Positions 58,172 to 62,999 of a stretch of DNA of 62,999 nt are shown here, one piece after another. How positions within the stretch are numbered: the stretch's first letter is position 1; the number at the start of each line of letters is the position of its first letter. The position numbers were made by a program, and so were the translations under genes. Under the pieces are notes generated by a model. The model was not told the origin of the DNA, did not search any database, and was given only the letters and a program-made list of their open reading frames with translations. The DNA is from Bacteroidales bacterium. GTDB lineage: Bacteria > Bacteroidota > Bacteroidia > Bacteroidales > UBA10428. The stretch lies in contig JAFGOR010000289.1 of NCBI GenBank assembly GCA_016926375.1, positions 1 to 62,999 on the forward strand. Reading direction: 5' to 3'.

Positions 58172-58179
58172 TAAATTTG
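58172..58179 (+). promoter_or_regulatory. Candidate -7 promoter box (TAnnTTTG) for the MORN-lipoprotein/gldFG unit
   Basis: TAAATTTG, 25 nt upstream of the ATG at 58205. Confidence 0.4.
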
Positions 58180-58204
58180 TCGTGCTGAACACAACCCTTC
58201 AAAA

Positions 58205-59056
58205 ATGAAATCAACATTGATTTATCTTTGCCTTCTGTTTGCACTTGTCATATCATGCGGAACGCAGGACAAAAAAAGCCTGGTTGAAAAAATACAAGGT
58301 AAAAAGACCGACACCGTTGCCGATTCGCTGAAAATCCGTGTTTTAAAAGAGTATTACAGCAACGGAAAGGTAAAAACCGAAACCGAAGCAAAAGGAAACC
58401 TGCGGCATGGGTTGATGAAAAGCTACAACAGGGAAGGCCTGTTGCTTTCACAGGTGAATTACGTAGATAATGTGAAAGAAGGAATGGCCACCAATTTTTA
58501 CCCCGAAACGGGCAAAATCAACTCCACGCTTAATTATAAGAACGGAATCAAAGAAGGTGAGGAAATATGGTACTGGGAAAATGGAAATCCATGCCGGGTA
58601 ACCCCTTATGTCAAAGGAGTAATTGAAGGAATTCGAAAGTATTATTATGAGGACGGAAAATTAATGGCTGAGACTCCATACAAGAACGGTTACCCGGGAA
58701 CCGGACTCAAGGAATACAAAAATGACGGTACCCCAATAACCAACCAGGTGAAACTGGTGATTACCCAAAAGGATTACCTGGCCGACGCCAACAAAGTAAT
58801 TCTGAACATTGAGTTATCCGACCCGAATCTGAAAGTTGATTTTTACAGAGGTTCATTAACAGATGGCAAATACTTGAACGACAATCTGTTTCAACTCGCC
58901 GTGCAATATGGTATGACAAAGATCGATTTCAATGTTCCTCCCGGAGGTGCTATTAATCAGAAGGTTGTCATAACCGCCCATTTTAAAAAAGGAAGCCTGG
59001 CCATTCCGGTGGTTCTGTCAAGAACCTATAATCTGAGCGTAGTCAACAACAATTAA
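58205..59056 (+). CDS. MORN-variant (YwqK-like) repeat lipoprotein
   Basis: Lipobox (ALVISC). Repeated Y..NGK...E..Y.NG...G modules (YYSNGKVKTE, NYKNGIKEGEEIWYWENG, YYYEDGKLMAETPYKNGY). Confidence 0.75.
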   Translation: MKSTLIYLCLLFALVISCGTQDKKSLVEKIQGKKTDTVADSLKIRVLKEYYSNGKVKTETEAKGNLRHGLMKSYNREGLLLSQVNYVDNVKEGMATNFYPETGKINSTLNYKNGIKEGEEIWYWENGNPCRVTPYVKGVIEGIRKYYYEDGKLMAETPYKNGYPGTGLKEYKNDGTPITNQVKLVITQKDYLADANKVILNIELSDPNLKVDFYRGSLTDGKYLNDNLFQLAVQYGMTKIDFNVPPGGAINQKVVITAHFKKGSLAIPVVLSRTYNLSVVNNN

Positions 59057-59078
59057 GAACCCATCCGGAAAATCGAAC

Positions 59079-59810
59079 ATGTATTCTCTGTTTGTAAAAG
59101 AAATCAAAAGCTTTTTTAATTCGCTGACCGGATACCTGGTGATCGTGTTCTTTCTGCTGATCAACAGCCTTTTTATGTGGATTTTTGAAGGTCCCATGAA
59201 CATTCCCGACGGCGGATATGCCACACTGGATGCTCTTTTTACCCTGGCACCCTGGGTGTTTTTAATTCTGATACCGGCGATTACCATGCGCAGCTTTTCA
59301 GAGGAAAAACGCACAGGAACGTTTGAGTTGCTGCTGACCCGGCCATTAACACCCATGCAAATTACGGGGGCAAAATACCTGGCATCGGTAGCACTCATCA
59401 TCCTTGCACTGATTCCTACCCTGGTTTACTATTTTTCGGTTATATCTCTTGGAAATCCGGTTGGAAATATTGACCAGGGAGGTACATGGGGCTCATATAC
59501 CGGCCTGCTGCTGCTGGCTTGTGCCTATGCCTCCATCGGCATATTCTGTTCTTCACTAACCGACAATCTGGTGGTATCCTTTCTGCTGGCCGCGGTAATC
59601 AGTCTTTTTGTTTGTTACGGATTTGAGCAAACAGCACAGATCTTTACCATGGGCAAAGCAGGAAACGTGCTTCAGTCGCTCGGGATCATTGAACATTACC
59701 GTTCCATGAGCCGCGGCGTGATAGATTCCAGGGATGTGGTTTATTTTCTGGCACTGATTACCCTGTTCCTGTTAATGACCAAAACACGCATTGAATGCAG
59801 CAAAAAGTAA
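59079..59810 (+). CDS. gldF: Gliding-motility ABC transporter permease GldF
   Basis: 243 aa. The N-terminus (FVKEIKSFFNSLTGYLVIVFFLLINSLFMW, then LAPWVFLILIPAITMRSFSEEKRTGTFELLLTRPL) closely parallels the GldF sequence as I recall it. Confidence 0.8.
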   Translation: MYSLFVKEIKSFFNSLTGYLVIVFFLLINSLFMWIFEGPMNIPDGGYATLDALFTLAPWVFLILIPAITMRSFSEEKRTGTFELLLTRPLTPMQITGAKYLASVALIILALIPTLVYYFSVISLGNPVGNIDQGGTWGSYTGLLLLACAYASIGIFCSSLTDNLVVSFLLAAVISLFVCYGFEQTAQIFTMGKAGNVLQSLGIIEHYRSMSRGVIDSRDVVYFLALITLFLLMTKTRIECSKK

Positions 59811-59826
59811 TTCCCGGATATCGATT

Positions 59827-61536
59827 ATGAAGAAACCGTTCAAAATAAACCATCCCTTTCTCAGATTAGCTCAGTCAATCATTCTTGTGGTTGTTGCCGC
59901 CTGGCTGCTTTCGGTTTATTTTTTCAGGATCGACCTGACATCCGAGAAACGCTATACCTTGTCGCAATTCAGCAAAAAAACGCTTCGCGAACTGGATACG
60001 GTTGTTGTTGTTAAAGTATATCTCGATGGTGACCTGAACATTCCGTTCCGGAAAATGCAACAGCGCCTGCGGGAAACACTTGAAGAATTTCAGGTTTATT
60101 CAGGTAAGAAACTGGAATATGAAATAATCAATCCCTTTAAAGGCAAAGATGCCAAAGCGGTTGACAAAAACCTGGACATACTGATGAGTAAGGGCCTGAA
60201 ACCAACCAACATACTGGCAAAAGACAAGGAAGGCGGCACATCGGAAAAACTTGTTCTGCCGGGTGCTCTGGTATGCTACAAGGGACTTGAAATTCCTGTT
60301 AACCTGCTGAAGAACAACCCTGCTGCCGGAGCAGAAGAAAACATCAACAATTCCATTCAGGCATTTGAATTTGAGTTTATCCGGATTATCAGTTCACTCT
60401 CGGCAGGCAGTGTTGAGAAAATTGCATTTATTGAAGGGCACGGAGAATACAATGAATTCCAGGTAGGTGATATTACACGGGAACTGGGTTGGTATTTCCA
60501 GGTCGACCGGGGAAAAATCAACGGCACCCCGGGCATCCTCAACCAGTATAAGGCCGTGGTAATTGCCGGACCAACTTTGCCGTTCAATGAACAGGACAAG
60601 TATGTGCTTGACCAGTATCTGATGGAAGGCGGCAGGGTACTCTGGTTTGTTGACATGGTTAATGCAAGCCTTGACAGCATTAAAGAAGGAGGCGCAACCA
60701 TAGCCCTTATCAGGATGCTGAATATTGAAGATATGCTTTTTCGCTATGGGGTCAGAATCAACCCTGTACTGTTACAGGATGGGCAATGCAGCATGATCCC
60801 CGTTAACCTGGCCCTTGCCGGAAATCCTCCCGATTTCAGACCGGTACCCTGGCTTTATTCTCCTTTGCTGAACGCACCATCGGGTCATCCGGTTACACGA
60901 AATCTGAACATGATCCGGAGTGAATTCTCCGGTTGCATTGATACCATTGAAGCCCGCAAGGGAATCAGAAAAACGGCACTGCTCAGCACCTCACAGGTTT
61001 CGCGGAAGGTTGCTGCTCCGGTAATCATCGGCCTCGAAGAGGTGAGGATACCTTTGAAGCCGGAAATGTTTACGGAACCATTTCTGCCCGTGGCTGTTTT
61101 ACTTGAAGGCCGTTTTGAATCAGTTTTCAGAAATCGCAGCACATCCGACATTTTTCCCGATACGCTGGTGACCTTTAAGGAAACAGGAAACCCTGCATCG
61201 GTATTTGTTGCTGCTGATGCCGACCTGATCCGGAATGAATTCAGACCAACACCCAACGGAATGATGATTACACCGTTGGGATTTGACCGTTATACGCAGC
61301 AAACCTATGGGAATAAGGAGTTTATTGTGAATGCCATTCAGTATATGACAGGTCATGAAGGGCTGATCAGACTGCGTTCACGCGATTTCCAGCTGCGGTT
61401 GCTCGATAAAGCCACCCTTAAAAGCGATCGCAGAAAATGGATCCTGATCAACACCCTGACTCCTCCGCTATTAGTCATACTTGCCGGTTTGGTTTACACC
61501 TGGATCAGAAAAAGAAAGTACGGACGGGCCTCATGA
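59827..61536 (+). CDS. gldG: Gliding-motility ABC transporter accessory protein GldG
   Basis: Track ORF is 59791..61536. The ATG at 59827 (MKKPFKINHP...) is preferred. N-terminal TM segment, then RIDLTSEKRYTLS...VVVKVYLDGDL typical of GldG, and a C-terminal TM segment. Confidence 0.8.
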   Translation: MKKPFKINHPFLRLAQSIILVVVAAWLLSVYFFRIDLTSEKRYTLSQFSKKTLRELDTVVVVKVYLDGDLNIPFRKMQQRLRETLEEFQVYSGKKLEYEIINPFKGKDAKAVDKNLDILMSKGLKPTNILAKDKEGGTSEKLVLPGALVCYKGLEIPVNLLKNNPAAGAEENINNSIQAFEFEFIRIISSLSAGSVEKIAFIEGHGEYNEFQVGDITRELGWYFQVDRGKINGTPGILNQYKAVVIAGPTLPFNEQDKYVLDQYLMEGGRVLWFVDMVNASLDSIKEGGATIALIRMLNIEDMLFRYGVRINPVLLQDGQCSMIPVNLALAGNPPDFRPVPWLYSPLLNAPSGHPVTRNLNMIRSEFSGCIDTIEARKGIRKTALLSTSQVSRKVAAPVIIGLEEVRIPLKPEMFTEPFLPVAVLLEGRFESVFRNRSTSDIFPDTLVTFKETGNPASVFVAADADLIRNEFRPTPNGMMITPLGFDRYTQQTYGNKEFIVNAIQYMTGHEGLIRLRSRDFQLRLLDKATLKSDRRKWILINTLTPPLLVILAGLVYTWIRKRKYGRAS

Positions 61537-61674
61537 GCCAACCCTGGGATTTGCAAAAAAAATGATTTTTCCTGTCGGTGACAATCCTTTTTTTTTCGTA
61601 ATATTGGTTCGCTGATTATGTCAGATATTTAGACATTTAACAATGTGTTTTATTAATAGTTAAACCTTTTCTCC

Positions 61675-62805
61675 ATGAAATTTGTCGCATCAAGCATTGA
61701 CCTGCTCAACCACCTTCAGGCATTAAGCCGGGTTATCAGTGCCAAGAACACACTTCCCATACTGGACAATTACCTGTTCAAACTGGATGGTAAAGCATTG
61801 GTTATCACAGCGTCTGACCTTGAGACCACTATGGTTACCACACTGGAACTTGAAAACGCGGAAGGTTCGGGCAACATTGCCATTCCTGCCAAACTGATAA
61901 CCGATTCACTTCGTGAATTCCCCGACCAGCCACTTACATTTGTGATCAATACAGAAACCTATGCTGTAACCATAAGTTCAGAAAATGGCCAGTTCTCGGT
62001 TATGGGACAACACGGTGAAGATTTTCCGCAGCTCCCCAAAATAAAACCCGAACGAAGCATTTCGCTCAAAATTGCGGCATCGTCACTTTTAAGCGGTATT
62101 AACAGCACGTTGTTTGCCACGGCAGATGACGAATTGCGTCCTGTGATGAATGGCATCTTTATTGAATTGAGTCCTTCCGACACAACATTCGTAGCCTCCG
62201 ACGCGCACAAGCTGGTTCGCTATAAAAGGAAAGACGTACAGGCCGAGTCAGGCGCATCCTTTATTTTGCCTAAAAAACCGGCTGCCTTGCTCAAAAATCT
62301 TTTTGCCAAGGGAAACGAACAAATAAGTGTTGACTTCGATGATAAAAATGCCTTTTTCACTACACCGGCCTACCAGATTGTATGCCGCCTGGTGGAAGGT
62401 AATTACCCTTCATACAATTCTGTAATACCCACCAATAATACCAATAAATTGCTCATCGACCGGGTTAAACTGCTTAATACCGTCCGCCGTGTTTCCGTTT
62501 TTTCAAATCAGGCAAGCAACCTGATCCGCTTATCCCTTAAGGGTAACAGGCTTACCGTATCGGCACAGGATATCGACTTTGCCACCTCGGCTGTTGAAGA
62601 GCTTGCTTGCCAATATAATGGCGATGATCTTGAGATAGGCTTCAAATCTACTTTCCTGGTTGAAATCCTCAACAACGTCCAGTCCACCGAAGTGTCAATT
62701 GAACTTTCTGACTCATCCAGAGCCGGATTGTTTATCCCCTTCAATAAGGAGAATGAAAACGAAGATGTGCTCATGCTGCTCATGCCGATGATGATCAATT
62801 CATAG
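61675..62805 (+). CDS. dnaN: DNA polymerase III beta sliding clamp
   Basis: 376 aa. MKFVASSIDLLNHLQALSRVI...LPILDNYLF, three-domain length, and the C-terminal MLLMPMMIN. Confidence 0.95.
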   Translation: MKFVASSIDLLNHLQALSRVISAKNTLPILDNYLFKLDGKALVITASDLETTMVTTLELENAEGSGNIAIPAKLITDSLREFPDQPLTFVINTETYAVTISSENGQFSVMGQHGEDFPQLPKIKPERSISLKIAASSLLSGINSTLFATADDELRPVMNGIFIELSPSDTTFVASDAHKLVRYKRKDVQAESGASFILPKKPAALLKNLFAKGNEQISVDFDDKNAFFTTPAYQIVCRLVEGNYPSYNSVIPTNNTNKLLIDRVKLLNTVRRVSVFSNQASNLIRLSLKGNRLTVSAQDIDFATSAVEELACQYNGDDLEIGFKSTFLVEILNNVQSTEVSIELSDSSRAGLFIPFNKENENEDVLMLLMPMMINS

Positions 62806-62810
62806 CCGGC

Positions 62811-62999
62811 ATGAAACTGAATCTTAAAAATCCACTCATCTTTTTTGACCTGGAAACAACAGGTATTGATGTAGCTGCCGACCGCATTGTAGAAATATCA
62901 TACCTGAAAGTATACCCCAATGGCGAAGAGGAATCCAAAACCATCCGGGTAAACCCGACGATACCCATACCCGCCAAGGTTACTGCCATTCATGGCATA
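62811..62999 (+). CDS. DnaQ-like 3'-5' exonuclease (Pol III epsilon family); 5' fragment running off the window
   Basis: Hand translation gives MKLNLKNPLIFFDLETTGIDVAADRIVEISYLKVYPNGEEESKTIRVNPTIPIPAKVTAIHGI. The Exo I motif FFDLETTG is present. The gene starts 5 nt after the dnaN stop codon. Confidence 0.8.
   Translation, partial: MKLNLKNPLIFFDLETTGIDVAADRIVEISYLKVYPNGEEESKTIRVNPTIPIPAKVTAIHGI

Noticed and set aside
58074-58244. N-terminal extensions in the ORF track: rlmD to 58244, the exonuclease to 2087, and the SurA-like gene to 18333
   Set aside because: The extensions overlap neighbouring genes or promoters and add non-homologous residues. Internal ATGs restore canonical N-termini or signal peptides.
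1-62999. Search by eye for CRISPR arrays, tRNA/rRNA genes, IS elements, integrases, toxin-antitoxin genes, and restriction or other defence genes
   Set aside because: None were found. All intergenic regions longer than 100 nt were read, and only promoters, terminators and the heptamer arrays were seen. The YwqK-like MORN protein has no adjacent toxin and carries a lipoprotein signal, so it is not a toxin-antitoxin module.

Overview
This 62,999-bp window is a chromosomal segment of a Bacteroidota genome. The phylum call rests on gldB/gldF/gldG, on the DUF1573, DUF4270, DUF4907 and DUF5063 families, on STN/CarboxypepD_reg/FecR architectures, and on 12 TAnnTTTG -7 promoter boxes placed 15-68 nt upstream of start codons. 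About 50 protein genes fill the window, and most are core housekeeping. They include rlmI, guaB, recQ, nadE, rpmH (51 aa, absent from the ORF track), mnmD, meaB, lpdA, uvrA, smpB, miaA, rlmD, dnaN and a dnaQ-like exonuclease. Also present are an operon of three SurA/PpiD-like chaperone genes plus an OstA-like gene, ftsE, a Wzx-like flippase, a MacAB-type ABC exporter, an M1 peptidase and a LOG-family protein. I saw no rRNA or tRNA, no CRISPR array, no transposase or integrase, and no recognisable defence genes. I therefore cannot point to a clear-cut novel system. The best candidates for a second look are: (1) an ECF sigma/FecR module at 2710-7300 whose STN-domain partner is a 520-aa protein with no visible plug or barrel, alongside an STN-less paralog; (2) a dispersed family of strict 7-nt tandem repeats (CTCNNAG units), seen as an inverted pair at 1-175 and as a 19-unit array between two divergent promoters at 31171-31303; (3) a second ECF sigma paired with a TM-anchored protein that ends in an outer-membrane beta-barrel-like domain (44757-46781); (4) a translationally coupled envelope gene pair that splits barrel/TSP3/EF-hand and SPOR-like modules between two proteins (51768-54592). 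Functional calls come from motif recognition by eye, not database searches. Several start codons were revised from the ORF track.
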